Below, one piece after another: positions 1 through 13,251 of a DNA stretch of 64,000 nucleotides. Each line of letters opens with the position of its first letter. The stretch's first letter is position 1. Below the pieces are notes generated by a model. The model was not told the DNA's origin, searched no databases, and worked only from the letters and a program-made list of their open reading frames with translations. The translations under genes and the position numbers were made by a program. The DNA is from Octopus vulgaris (Eukaryota). The stretch covers positions 26,722,001 to 26,786,000 of the forward strand of contig OX597825.1 in NCBI GenBank assembly GCA_951406725.2, read 5' to 3'.

Positions 1-591
1 TTAATCATTTTCCATTCACATCCAGTAGCTTTGTCGTATGTTGCTTTAGGGTAGCCCCTCCGGCAAGATTCTTTTCAATGGATTGTACATAAAGTTACTA
101 GTTGTAAACTACCTGGACGAATATTGTGTATATCTGTATACACTGCAGCCAGCTACAGTAACGTATGAATGAATGGTCAATAATATTAAACCTAAGCAAA
201 GCAAACATGTACAAACTTACATACACACAAACAAGAAGGCTACTGGCAACTCGTACATACAAGCATGGCGAAATATAAAATGTATCTGACTCCTGACGAC
301 ATGAATCATAAAGAAGTATCTTTGCAAAAGCAAGCACTGTAAGCTTATAAAACTGACATATATACATATTTCAGTGTATGGCATAGATTTGCACCACATA
401 CCCCACTTCTCATACTTGATCTTGGCACTATGTCCCCGACAGGTAGGAATGATCGTGTTTCTTTCATCATTTCACCTCCTCAGATTAATTCATTTTTAGT
501 CATGACGGGTAATCATGATGGGTATACCGGGCTTCGTATATTTTACCCCAGTGTCACTTTTATGGCATGCACTCTTCTCATTCAATAACGA

Positions 592-605
592 TAATAATAA
601 TAATA

Positions 606-703
<98 letters not shown>
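592..703. repeat. (AAT)n microsatellite
   Basis: Near-perfect AAT run; explains the poly-N and poly-L ORFs at 496-874. Confidence 0.97.
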
Positions 704-704
<1 letters not shown>

Positions 705-962
705 GGACAGAGGTAACTCCTCCAGAAGATATAGAAGCAAAAATAGAAGAGGAAGACACACGAGATGTGGAAATACCTTTACTTGATAACAATAGTACTC
801 TTGTATATTGCTTCTATATCTTCTGGACGAGTTACCTCAGTCCTATATATATTGAGCAAAATGACGTAGATTGACAAGTGTTTTTTTGTAATCTGTGCAA
901 GACGCACGAGATGCCGAAATATCCGCACTTCATAACAATGGCACTCTTCTAATTTTGATATT

Positions 963-1011
963 AATAATAATGATAATAATAATAATAATAATCATAATAA
1001 TAATAATAATC

Positions 1012-1064
<53 letters not shown>

Positions 1065-1766
1065 TTCTTTCATTGGCTACGAGGGCCCAAGTCATGGAGG
1101 ACAATATCGAAGGACGCGTTATAACCCCCCAAAATTCAAAAAAACCTGTGGGATTAACAACAATGAAGAAAGACAGTCTACCACGTTAAAGGACATAACA
1201 GAGGACATGTAATAGAAAAAAGAAAAATAAATAGTAAATTTTTAAATAAATTTTATGCATAATAGCCGGGCAGTCCAATTACGGTAATCCGGGGTAAACC
1301 CCACACAAAATTCCGGGATTACTGTGCCATCCCCAAGGAAATGAAAAGTGCCCTCTTCCAGTTTCTTTCCTCCTACTTAGAAAAGCATATTCAGAATAGA
1401 TCCATTCAAACTTACCAGTCTTGCCAATGTCGACCACCTTTTACTAAACCTCTCTACCATCTCCTTCCTCTTTAAATGATATTTGAAGTAATTGATGAAG
1501 CTTGACCAAATAAGAAAATGCCTGATTTCAAACATTTTAGACGGGGCCAATCACACAGCCTCTTTTGCCACAGCCACTAAGCAGTGAAATATCTGCCTCC
1601 CTTCTCTGCTTAGTAAAGGTGGTGCGTCCATCTTCACTATGCCCTGGGCAGACAGCTTTATTCGTCTTACACGCGACAATAGCTGCCCCACACAATCCCA
1701 CGATTCTCTAATGCACGGACACTGAATTATTACATGCAGGACAGTGCCAGCCTCCTGCAAGCATCT
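963..1766 (-). mobile_element. 5'-truncated Tx1/L1-like LINE 3' end (ORF2 C-terminal zinc knuckle, 3' UTR, (TTA)n tail)
   Basis: Minus frame reads RCLQEAGTVLHVIIQCPCIRESW...FHCLVAVAKEAV, a zf-RVT-like C..TxxHxxxxC motif. A U-rich UTR follows, ending CCAATGAAAGAAA and running into (TTA)n at 963-1063. Confidence 0.7.
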
Positions 1767-2159
1767 AATAATAAGGTAGTTGGTGTGAAAATACGAACGT
1801 CGGTAACAATGCATCGCTTGAAGCGTTTTAAATGTGATGCAGAACGAATACAATTACCGAGGAAAAGAATATGGCTCAATTTTAACATAATGTCAACTCT
1901 CCATGAGAATTTGCCACGCAGGAGATTCTGTCTAACTGTAACAATCAAGCGACGTGATTTTAAAGCTGAACCTGGAAAAGGAATATACCAAATAGTGGTA
2001 CTCAATGACAAAACATGCAGTATTCGATCGTAATGATACTAGAAGATAATGTATCCCCAAATGACAAGACAAAACAAGAAACACAACGAGACAAACCAGC
2101 CTCTAATACAATAAAGTGAAATGGAAAGGCCACTCCATGGCTAATATTCGAGGAGAACC

Positions 2160-2230
2160 AGGCACGCTAATGAAGAGCAAATCTTTCCTTGTCTATGGCT
2201 GAAATGCTTTGCTCTGAAACCTGGCAACAA
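2160..2230 (+). ncRNA. Decayed hammerhead ribozyme-like motif
   Basis: CTAATGA (core CTGATGA with one change), perfect 8-bp stem II AGAGCAAA/TTTGCTCT, GAAA, CCTGG, CA. Stem I is not recognisable. Confidence 0.4.
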
Positions 2231-2615
2231 TTGAAAATATTTCTCTTTCTAAAATATAAAAGGAAAATGATCAGCCACAGTAGGGAAAAGGAGAATATTC
2301 TATAAAAATTATGAATCCGAAACTAAACCGGAAATAGTCAATACCGTTACACAAAGCGACTTCTTCATGCATTACCCCGGAACGCTAGTGTTTGGTAAGT
2401 TGTAATGTGAAAGCACTTACCCACTAAATATACAATAGATATAAAATACGCAGTATTTTGTGTCTATTCTATATTTAGGTATTTCTGTAGACCTAAGTTG
2501 TTCCACAAACGTTCGTGACATTCTGTTAGATAAAAACTGCTTTTGATAGTTAATAACATTTATAAAAATCATTTTCTAACTATTGTAACTGTATCACGTA
2601 ATTTTTGCAAAAGCA

Positions 2616-2756
<141 letters not shown>

Positions 2757-3480
2757 CACTCACTCACTCTATCTCTGCATACACACATATATATATATCT
2801 TCCCATACACACATATACACACACACACACGCGCACATACACACATGTATGTATACATATACTAGTATACATGTATATACATACATATTGGAATAACTTA
2901 ATAATGACACCTTTACAATAATAGTATATTTTCTTTTCCTGTATATATTGAATTTCCGTAACAGTCGCTTCCTTTCATGTTTATGTCATACATATCTTAC
3001 CCTGCTACTTTCCTTTTCATCCATTTCATAGAGTCGCATGCACCTTTGTTAGTCTGTGTATGTATATATGTTGGTGTTTGTATGTTTTTGTTCGTTTAGA
3101 TATGTTTCTGTATAATCTCAGATAAAGTATGCATCACGTTTTCAGCATATTTTTGTTAGTGCTGTGTATTGTTACGTCTACTTATTAAACAGTTTATAAT
3201 CGAGAGAAGCTGCAAGTCTGTTGGTCAAGAGAGGTGACCGGAACTTCATCGAATTCCTGTTCATTATAATTAATCATCTTTAGTCACATTATCATTATCA
3301 TTATCATTATTGCATTCGTATTCATGCCTACAACATCCTCGTTGCCGTCGTCAGCTTCCCACTCATTACTGTCGCACTATCATCACATACACATCTGTCG
3401 TTAAACTAAACTACTTTCTCGTCGTAATCTTCGAACATCATTCTCATCGCAGCAGTGGCGACGTTGAAACGATGATGATG

Positions 3481-3825
3481 ACCGTCGTCGTCGTCATCAT
3501 CATCATCATCATCATCATCGTCATCATCATCATCATCTTGATGATCATCATCGTCGTCATCTTCATCATCGTCAAAATCGTCGTCGCCGTCGTCGTCGTC
3601 GTCATCGTCATCGTCAACGTCGTCGAATTCTTCATTATCATCATGAACATCGTTATCATCATGATCATCGTCATCATCATGATCATCGTCATCATCATCA
3701 TCATCATCCCCATGATCGTCGTCATCATCATCGTCATCGTCATCATCATCATAATCATCATCGTCGTCGTCGTTGTCGTCATCATTATCATCATGATCAT
3801 CGTCATCATCATGATCATCATCATC

Positions 3826-3882
<57 letters not shown>

Positions 3883-3890
3883 GTCAACAT
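3481..3890. repeat. Compound (ATC/GTC)n trinucleotide array
   Basis: Interleaved ATC and GTC triplets; source of the poly-I, poly-D and poly-M ORFs. Confidence 0.95.
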
Positions 3891-4197
3891 CTTCGTCCAC
3901 GCCACAAACACCACCAGAAAAAAAAAATATCGAATGCAATCGTCGACCTCTTCGTCATTCGCTTTCATGTTGTCACGACAGTGATGCTGATATTCACGAT
4001 CATCATCATCATGAACGGTAGTTATATTCACATAAACCGGAACACACACTTATTTCATGTATGGATGTGATATTTTTGTTTACATACATATGATTGCGAG
4101 TGTATAATTTCGCCAACAACACACTATTAATTTCAGTATGGGTCTGCGAGCGTGTTTGATATGAGTAGGATAGCTATGTCTCTTGTTCCATGTGGGT

Positions 4198-4209
4198 ATA
4201 TACATACAT

Positions 4210-4275
<66 letters not shown>

Positions 4276-4280
4276 GCATA

Positions 4281-4335
<55 letters not shown>

Positions 4336-4369
4336 ATATATATACATATATATATACATATAAATATAC

Positions 4370-4408
<39 letters not shown>

Positions 4409-4807
4409 ACTATATGTATATATATATGTATATATATATGCACGTACACACGGGAACTTAGCCACTGATTGTTTTGAGTGTATGTGTGCGTATGTATGGA
4501 CATTTTACAGTTAGTAACCAGGAACCGACGTTGCAGCAAACTGTATGATCAAAGACATTTATCTTTGGAAAAATCTCAAATAGTTTGATGATATTGCTGA
4601 TTTTATACTTGCTTATTCTGACATAATTAGTTGAACATGTGCCAGACAACTAATTGTCTCTTCTCCCCTTTATACACATCACACTTTTAATCCGCGACCA
4701 GTATTAATATTGCCTTCATCGTCTGCAGCCACGTATTGAAAATATCACATGTAAGCATAGCTGCGGAAATGCGTATATGTATGTGTTTATATGCATACAC
4801 ACATAAA

Positions 4808-4848
<41 letters not shown>

Positions 4849-4991
4849 GCCTATATGTATATGCATGTATATATATGTATACATATACATGTATATATAT
4901 ATAAATATATATATATATACATACATGTATGTATATATATATATATAGAGAGAGAGATAATTATGCATGTGATATATATGCATACAGCCCA

Positions 4992-5022
<31 letters not shown>

Positions 5023-5073
5023 TACATATATATATATATGTATGTATATATATATATATATATATATATACAG

Positions 5074-5107
<34 letters not shown>

Positions 5108-5156
5108 ATATAAATGTGTGTGTGTGTATATATATATATATAATATATGTGGCGTG

Positions 5157-5205
<49 letters not shown>

Positions 5206-5230
5206 ATGTGTGTGTGTGTGTGTCTGTGTG
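4198..5230. repeat. Two imperfect (AT)n/(GT)n microsatellite blocks (4198-4440, 4811-5230)
   Basis: Direct inspection. Many similar blocks elsewhere are not listed individually. Confidence 0.9.
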
Positions 5231-5617
5231 TACATAGAGTTATGTACATATATTTATGCATGTATCTGTAGATCTGTAGTAGCGTATGCGTCTGTACAAT
5301 GCTAAATATAAATTGTCCGTATCTTACAATCGTTTATATTTTTCTGCTTATCTCCCCCATTATCTGTCTGCTACTTTTATTTTTTTATATTGATGACGCT
5401 CTTTTCAACATGTAACAGTTCAACACTATCTACACATATCTTTGTAAATCTATACATTCAGAGAAAATTGTATATGCTACACACAGAAATATGAACGCAT
5501 ATCACACCATCTATACATATATGAATATATAGAATATGACATAGGCATTATTATAAATATATACCAGTAGACGCGTATCTATATTTATATATATATATAA
5601 ATATGTATGTATGTAAC

Positions 5618-5670
<53 letters not shown>

Positions 5671-5720
5671 GATATATGTATATATGTGTATGTGTGTGTG
5701 CGTGTGAGTGTTCGTATATA

Positions 5721-6136
5721 TTCTTTTATTACTCTTTTAATGGTTTCAGTTATTTTCACTGCTGTCATGCTGGAGCAAAGCATCAAGAGGTTGTCTTTGG
5801 TCAAAGCAATCAACCTTTCTGAGTCTTGTGTCTATTCTAAGGTATTGATTTATCGAACCGATAGGTTACGGGAACGGAAACAGCAACATCGATTGTTAAA
5901 CAATCGCAGAGGTACGGACAGAGACTGTCACACATACATAAATATAATTTACATATATATATACGCACATACACGCCAGGCTTCTTTCAGTTTCCGCCTA
6001 GCATATCCACTCACAACGCTTTGTTCAAGCCGAGGCTATATTAAAAGACATTTGCTCTACGTGACACGGAGTAGGACTAAATCCGGAACAATGTGGTTGG
6101 GAAGCAAGACTCTTACCACACAGACATGCCTACGCC
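5721..6136 (-). mobile_element. tRNA-derived SINE family A, diverged full-length copy
   Basis: Reverse complement is colinear with 58568-58985: head GGCGTAGGCATGTCTGTGTGGTAAG, body GAGTGGATATGCTAGGCGGAAACTGAAAGAAGCC, tail CTCCAGCATGACAGCAG. Confidence 0.85.
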
Positions 6137-6514
6137 TATATATATATTTATATATATGTATCAACACACAAACACACACACACACCCACACACACACATA
6201 CACCCCCACACCCACACACACACACAAGCACACAAACACAAGCACACAAACACTCACACGCATATATAATAACACGGGTAGACTTTTTAAACAGTAAGCT
6301 GGGTGTTTTGTTTTGTTTTTGTAAAAACATCTTCGCTACTATTTGCAATCGTGTCAATAACGGTGGCGACATTTGCCTGTGTGAGACCTTGTTGTGTGCT
6401 TGAGTGTACATGATAGCTTACACGTTTGCTTCGTATGTAAATATATGTATGCATGTATGTATGTATGTATTTATGTATGTATGTATGTAGGTATGAGTGT
6501 ATGTATATGTATGT

Positions 6515-6622
6515 CATTGTTCAGTTTTATTTCAAGATTTCTTCCCAATAGAGAAAGATCCAGTTTCAACGATCATGGGTGGAACAAACACAGACCCGAA
6601 GTCGCACATACATAAATATATT

Positions 6623-6657
<35 letters not shown>

Positions 6658-7065
6658 TTTCAGTTTCCGTCTACCAAATCCACTCAGAAGGCTTTGGTCG
6701 GCGTGAGGCTACAGTAGAAGACATTTGCTCAAGGTATTTTTGTTTTTAGTGTATGCATATGTGCAGATTTCTATGTTATGCTTTATATAAGTATTCTCAT
6801 GCATATACTTGCATATCAATACATGCTATATTGAAATGATAAACTTTTGGAAACTTGCAGAGATTTGTACAGTTAAAGTGATGGATTTGGTTTGTAATCT
6901 TTGAATTAGATTTCCCCTTTCTGGTTTTGAGAAACTCAATTTATCAAAATTAGTATTTAGACAGTGTGTTACAGATCCCAGGGCCCCAATAATTACAGTT
7001 ATATACCTGGACTTGTAATCTGGATAGATTAACAGCAGATTTCTCAATAGTTAATCGTACGGACT
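6515..7065 (-). mobile_element. 3' end of an RLE-type (R4/Dong-like) non-LTR retrotransposon, interrupted by a SINE A fragment
   Basis: ORF 6826-7047 reads RNLLLIYPDYKSRYITVIIGALGSV...LQTKSITLTVQI, the P-V/I-I-I-GALG pattern typical of restriction-like endonuclease C-termini. Putative terminus ...GAAATAAAACTGAACAATGA followed by (CATA)n. Confidence 0.65.
6575..6735 (-). mobile_element. SINE family A internal fragment
   Basis: TTTCAGTTTCCGTCTACCAAATCCACTCAGAAGGCTTTGGTCGGC...AGAAGACATTTGCTCAAGG matches the family A body. Confidence 0.85.
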
Positions 7066-7629
7066 CCTCTGCGATTTTTTAATCCCAAGTGAACATCTTC
7101 TGTAGCTGGTTAACCATGCACAACTGCATCTGATAAGTTTGCAAACAGGGGAAGGAACCTCTACCATCTCCTAGCGATGGGACCAGTAGACGAGTCCTGG
7201 TTTCAGGCTGTTGCTGCTACTCCTTAGTACTGAACTGCTCTTCTACCCGGTGTTTTGTTTTCCACTGATCTTCAGCTTGATGTTAACATGCGCTGGGCAC
7301 AACTCTACACAGTATCTCTTCTATATCCCAAATCGTTATATCAACCTGTTATGCTTACATTTTTTGAGGGTTTCGCTAGGACATTGCACCAACACTCCTA
7401 TTTATAATGAGTGGCTATGGCTTTTATTATACTGTGTGTGTACATCTACTTGTGTACGCGTCTGTTTGTATGCCTTTGTGCATGTGAGTTTGTGTGTATG
7501 CAAGATATATTAGAGTATGTGTGCGTGTGTCCGTTTGCTTTCTCTATGCAAATATATTGAAATATCTAGAGCTTTGGGAAAACAAACGACTTAGAGTTTA
7601 ACCAAGTCACCCTTTACCATATATCCAAC

Positions 7630-8195
7630 CACCGGCCGAGTATGGGTGTGGAGACAGCTGCCTTCTTCCAACTGATTAACATAGAGGAGAATTGCTGATG
7701 ATCTGTGGGGCTATATCTTGGAAATCCGCCGTCACTTCATAACAGAATTAATAATCAAGACTATTTAAGCATTTTATCTCATCAACTTCATCCTATGGTT
7801 GCGCAACTATTTCCGGAGGGAAACGCAATCTTTCAGGATGATAATGCACCAATTCACACACCTAAATTTGTTACTGAATGCACGAGGAATATTCTATTGA
7901 AGTTGAACATGTTATCTGGCTACAACGGTCCTCAGATCCCAGTATTATTCAACGTTTATTGTGCATTTTAGATAAACAGGTAAGGAGTCGATATCTTCCA
8001 TCGTCATCACTACAAGAACCGGAGACTGTTTTAGCTCAAGAAGGGACGACATTTCCTTTGGAAACAATTCAAATTTAGTACGAGCCCATGCCACGGAGAA
8101 TTCAAGCTGTAATTACTGCCAAGGCGGTCCTACCCAATATTAAAATAACCTTATTTGGAATTTTAAGTTATTTCCTTTATTTTGTCCAACGCCTG
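7630..8195 (+). mobile_element. Tc1-superfamily transposon 3' part (DD36E-type transposase pseudogene plus right TIR)
   Basis: LFPEGNAIFQDDNAPIHT, frameshift, then WHEEYSIEVEHVIWLQRSSDPSIIQRL...PRRIQAVITAK. Right TIR ATTTTGTCCAACGCCTG followed by TA at 8196-8197. Confidence 0.9.
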
Positions 8196-8200
8196 TACAT

Positions 8201-8338
8201 ACCAGAGTAAGCACCTAAATGCGAAACAAAGTGGAAAAATTAGTACTCGAATACCAGAGGTAGAGTAACATGCTTCATTGAAAAGCATCTAAAATATCAG
8301 AAAAACTGTTACTAAGAGTTTCACGTAACCCGTTCGGC
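8201..8338 (-). mobile_element. Short pLTR-like repeat fragment with a truncated HHR 3' half
   Basis: Minus strand reads CCGAACGGGTTACGTGAAACTCTTAGTAACAG then TTACTCTACCTCTGG. The 5' core is cut by a (CA)n tract. Confidence 0.35.
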
Positions 8339-8342
8339 GTGC

Positions 8343-8378
<36 letters not shown>

Positions 8379-8789
8379 ACAGCCTGATTCACATTCGTTG
8401 GTACTCCGAATTTTAAATGTGATGCTAGTATTCAGTTATTTTGACTTTGAATGAAAGAAGTTGATTGTTATTACCGCACTCACACATACACGCGTATACA
8501 CACTTATGCATACGCATGTACACGCAAACGCACACATATATACACATGTACGCGCTCACACACAAACGCGTATTCATTTATATGTAAATATCTAAATATA
8601 CATCCATCCATGTATGTACGCATGAATATTAGTGTGCGCTCATACATGCATGCGGCTGTAAATGCGTACTCACATGCATGAGCATGCATGAGTATACCTG
8701 GGCATAACAATCGTTCATGATTGGTAAGCGTTGGGGATTGATAATTGACGCCCGCTCCTTAGCCCAAAATGGAAAAAGTAATTACATGG

Positions 8790-9570
8790 TGTAACTCTCC
8801 TTTCAGCCTAGGTTTCCCCAACAGTATCTAGGGGCTTCCTCGTGTTAATTAAGAAGTATTTCCGCGGAGGCCACCAGTATTATAAGCTCTTCAAACCTAG
8901 TAATGCCATGCAGTGATATTCCTAACCAGACAACATCGCAGTTAACATCACTCGCATCAAGAGACAGAAAGGCACCCTCAGCAACTCCACCACCGACCCG
9001 CAACTGGTGAAAAACCTCCATGTGAATTCTAGAAGGATCCTGCCTCTTATGAGCCGTAGTATATAGAGTTACCCTTACACCATTCGATGTCATTACTAGG
9101 ATCTATAAGGATATTACAGCAAATGCCTTCAAGAGAAGATACACCTAGCATATACACTCGTTCAGATCCAGGGACAGGGAGAATACTACTTCCCTGTCTT
9201 TTTTTCTCTGCAGTTTCTGTGACCTCCGAAGCAAGATACTCAGCATCAAGTAGACTATTCTCTACAGAGAGCCACGATATTCACTCGGCGCTTCCAAATA
9301 TCAGCTCTGCCTCGGTGCGCTTGTGTAGCATTTGTTTACCTGGGCGTTCTACTTTGCTTCTCGCCTTAAAACCAGAATGCCAGGTAAGGGTTCCATTTAG
9401 GAGAGCAGTGTTATGACAACTGTTTGGCGGAATACCAAAATTAAGATCATTTAGAAGGCCATGTTTGCGCTTCAAAAACGAAAAATGAGATGCAACATTC
9501 AATTTTCTTTCGCGGAAAGCAAATACTTAGAACGCAGCAACGCACGAACTGGCACCAATCCTGCGGCTCA
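8790..9570 (-). mobile_element. Probable degenerate LINE 5' region (ORF1-like)
   Basis: Non-repetitive, GC-richer block with broken minus-strand frames (VTLYTTAHKRQDPSRIHMEVF). Resemblance to Tx1-type ORF1 is from memory only. Confidence 0.3.
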
Positions 9571-9603
9571 GTTTTGAGAAAAGTCGACTCCAAATTCGTA
9601 GTA

Positions 9604-9658
<55 letters not shown>

Positions 9659-10024
9659 TGAATGTATTTCTGTGTATGTTCATATGTATGGGTATATAGA
9701 GACTATCGTAGATAGTTGGTTTGTTAGAAAATTGATTAATCTATTGCATGCTATTTTTAATTCACTGGGTTTTCGTTCGATGTAAGCTATTGTGGAAAAT
9801 GTCTTAGAACAATCCTATAATTTTTCCCTCCCATTCAGAAACCGACATCGAAACCATACAAAATCCTACTGAATAAAGAAAATCATAACATTTTCATCGA
9901 ATTAATCAAGTTATATTTATACACCCCTTGATTACAGAGGTATGTATATACAAGTATATATATATATATATAGACACATATATATGTATGTAAGTGTGTA
10001 TATATATACATATATATATATGTA

Positions 10025-10069
<45 letters not shown>

Positions 10070-10591
10070 GTGTGTGTGTATATATGTATGCATGTATACA
10101 TATATACATTCATGCATGCATAGATATATATACATGTATAATATATACTCACATATATACACACGAGCGCGCACACATACATTCTCTTTCTTTCTCTGTC
10201 TATCTATGTCTCTGTCTCTCACTCTTTCTCTTATACACAGACACTCACATATGTAGTTCTGTTCGATATCTCTATGTGCGGAAATCATGAAATTATTTCT
10301 GATACTTAGAAATAAATGCGAATGTCTTTCTTCCTTTGATTTCTCTGGAGGTTATCTAATATAAGATTTGTATGTGCATGCTTTGCAGAATGTTGAATAT
10401 TTTGGGACACACCTTATCAATGTAATCCCTTATTATCTGGATGACACGAACTGGTTCGTAATCTAAGCTACTACGGATTCAAATCTAAAATACACGAAGT
10501 GACACATACATACAAACATACATACATACATGTATGCAAACATTCATACATATATGCATGCATACATACGAACACACATACATACATACAT

Positions 10592-10842
10592 CTTTTAAAT
10601 TTTTATTTCATCTAGTTGCAGCTCATGAGCTGTGGCCATGCTGGGGCACCGCCATTTGGTGTTGCTACATGATTTTACTTCACGAATGTATTTTAGCAAT
10701 TGCCATTTGGTGCATGAGAGAGTTCGATGCAGCTGCCCTCATCTGCACCTCCTGCCGTGAAGTTGGTTCATCTGGGACACCTGACAGGAAGAGATCCAGT
10801 TTTATTTTAAATACATCTGCGTCCACCCCATGCAGGTCTCTC
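10592..10842 (-). mobile_element. CR1/L2-group LINE 3' end inserted in (CATA)n
   Basis: [42 protein letters not shown], an FKxxLDxFL..PDEP..NSL ORF2 terminus. The short 3' UTR carries a CAGCTC-AT-GAGCTG stem-loop and an A-rich tail. Confidence 0.75.
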
Positions 10843-10923
10843 ATACATACATACATACATGCATACATGCATACATACATACATGCATACATATATACAT
10901 ACATACATACATACATACATATA

Positions 10924-12189
10924 TTGGGTTGTCCGGAAAGTTCGTGCCGATTTATAGTAGCTTACCTTTCGACTTATTTTAGAACATGGTGGAGTCTATA
11001 AAATAGGATTGGACTACATCTCCATTTAGTGCACGGTGTAAGCTATCTTTTCGTGGAAGAAGGTTTATGTTCCTATAACCTGTGTTAATTCTGTAACCCT
11101 TTAAAATGGAAGGTAAGAAAGTTCATTTTCGTTACTTGATGCTTTTCTTTTTCCGTAAAGGGAAAAATGCCTCACAAGCAACCAAAGAAATATGCGCAGT
11201 TAACAGTGATGTTTCTTTATCCGAAAGAACTGTACGGAAGTGGTTTGCAAGGTTCCGAGATCGAGATTATAGCCTTATTGATAAAGAGTGATCAGACAGA
11301 CCATTCACTACAGATGATGACCAAATAAAGTCATTAATTGAAAATAACCCACATTGAACAACGTGAGAATTGGCAGACAGCCTCATCCTATCGGATTCCG
11401 TCGTTCATGAGCACCTGGTAAAGCTTGGGTACTCAAATCGCTACGATGTTTGGGTATCACATGAGTTGAGAGAAGAACCTTTTGGATCGCATTTCCATCT
11501 GTGTTTCCCTTTATAAACGGAATGAAAACGTGCCTTTTTTAAAGCAAATTCTGACAGGTGACGAGAAATGGATTATGTACCGAAATGTTCAGAGAAAGCG
11601 ATCCTGGAGTAAGCGACATGAGCCACTCTTATCCACCCCAAAAGCGGGTCTTCACCCTAAAAAATCTGACTTTGTGTCTGGTGAGACTGGAAAGGAATTC
11701 ATTACTATACGCTTCTCCCAAGTAACCAACCAATTAATTCTGAGAAATACTGCACATAAAAGCAGCAATTCAAGAGGAACGTCCAGAAATGTCCAACGGG
11801 AAGGATGTTGTTTTTCAACATGATAATGCAAGACCGCACGTTTCTTCGGGAACCAGTAGAAAATGGCTGCAGCTCAGCTGGGATGTGTTACCCTACCCTC
11901 CATATTCGCCAGATATTGCTCCTTTAGATTTCCCCTTATTCAGGTCTCTGCAGAATAGTCTTAATGCTAAAAATTTCAATTCTTTGGATGACGTAAAAAA
12001 GATACCTTGATGAATTCGTTGCTATGAAACCACCGCAGTTCTGGGAAGAGGGTATTTTCAAGTTAAAGGAAAGATGGAGACGCATTGTGCAACAAAATGG
12101 TTCATATTTTGTTGATTAAAAATGTAATGGCAAGTATTTATTGACCTTCTTTCCTTTAAAAATCGGCACGAATTTACCAGACAACCCAA
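10924..12189 (+). mobile_element. Full-length mariner (DD34D) element, 1266 bp, mellifera-subfamily-like
   Basis: 30-bp TIRs TTGGGTTGTCCGGAAAGTTCGTGCCGATTT and AAATCGGCACGAATTTACCAGACAACCCAA, with TA on both sides. Confidence 0.95.
11106..12118 (+). pseudogene. Mariner transposase pseudogene
   Basis: Motifs MEGKKVHFRYLMLFFFRKGKNASQA, WVSHEL, TGDEKW, HPKK, HDNARPH and YSPDIAPLDF, broken by several stops and frameshifts. Confidence 0.93.
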
Positions 12190-12304
12190 TATATACATAC
12201 ATATATATATCTATATATATTTTCAGTATCCGATGGGTAAAGTGTCGCCATTTTACGTTTTTAATTTCTCGCATGTACATTGCTCGTTTTGGACTTTTTC
12301 GACT

Positions 12305-12500
12305 ACACAGTATAGTAGGATCAATTGGGTACCAGTTGTGAGAAAACCGTACCATGATGCAATTCACTCTGCATCAAATTTGGAAAAGATCTGAGCTGCT
12401 TTGAACTGAAGGCAAGGATTATGGCAGCATTCAGTAACATAAACAAGGAGACCTCCCAGAAGAGTTGCAGGATATTCCGAAGTCGATACAAAGCTATATT
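12305..12500 (+). mobile_element. Internally deleted Tc1/mariner (DD37D/maT-like) remnant
   Basis: Translates ELKARIMAAFSNINKETSQKSCRIFRSR, resembling DD37D transposase C-termini (recalled, not searched). Confidence 0.45.
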
Positions 12501-13155
12501 ACTTGACTCCCGTATTTTCATGGTCTTGGAAAGAAGAAATTTTGGTTCGAATCTGGAGGATCTTGAAACCAGACAGACATAAATTATAATACTGAAATTA
12601 TGACTCCTATCCTGTAATGTAAAAGAGATCGATTATTATATGTTTTTATCGGTATTTTAAAGGCAAATTACATTAAATACCAACAGGTTTCTGTCGAATA
12701 TTCAATATCCCCCAATATCATCAAACGAATTTAACGCAGAGTAACATGTAATTCATTCACGCTATGTAATGACTACTTGCATAAACAAAAGCACTTAGAA
12801 ATTCGTGGTAAAGTGTCTGGAATTTTGGCATTGTCTGCCTTCCATCAGATGTTAGTGCGTGTGTTTGTGTGTATGTGTGTGTGTGTGTGTGTTTCAAAAA
12901 TTTGCAGACAAGTTTTGATGGAAACCAGACAATGCAAATATGCACAGAATTGCTTTCTTCCCGCAAACTGACATAATATCTCTCTCTTAAACACACACAT
13001 TGACAAACACGCATTCACACATACATTACAGTATATACGCAAACATACTTACATGCCTACATATATACATGCATAGAGTATGTATATATACACATATACG
13101 TGCATATATTAAATTATATGTATGTACACACACACACACATACACACACACGCAC

Positions 13156-13189
<34 letters not shown>

Positions 13190-13211
13190 TGTATTCAGTA
13201 AATACGCTCAT

Positions 13212-13251
<40 letters not shown>

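Noticed and set aside
3310-4049. Long poly-I, poly-D and poly-M ORFs (also 16841-17237, 42674-43423, 51998-52573)
   Set aside because: Stop-free translations of trinucleotide microsatellites; no domain or splice support.
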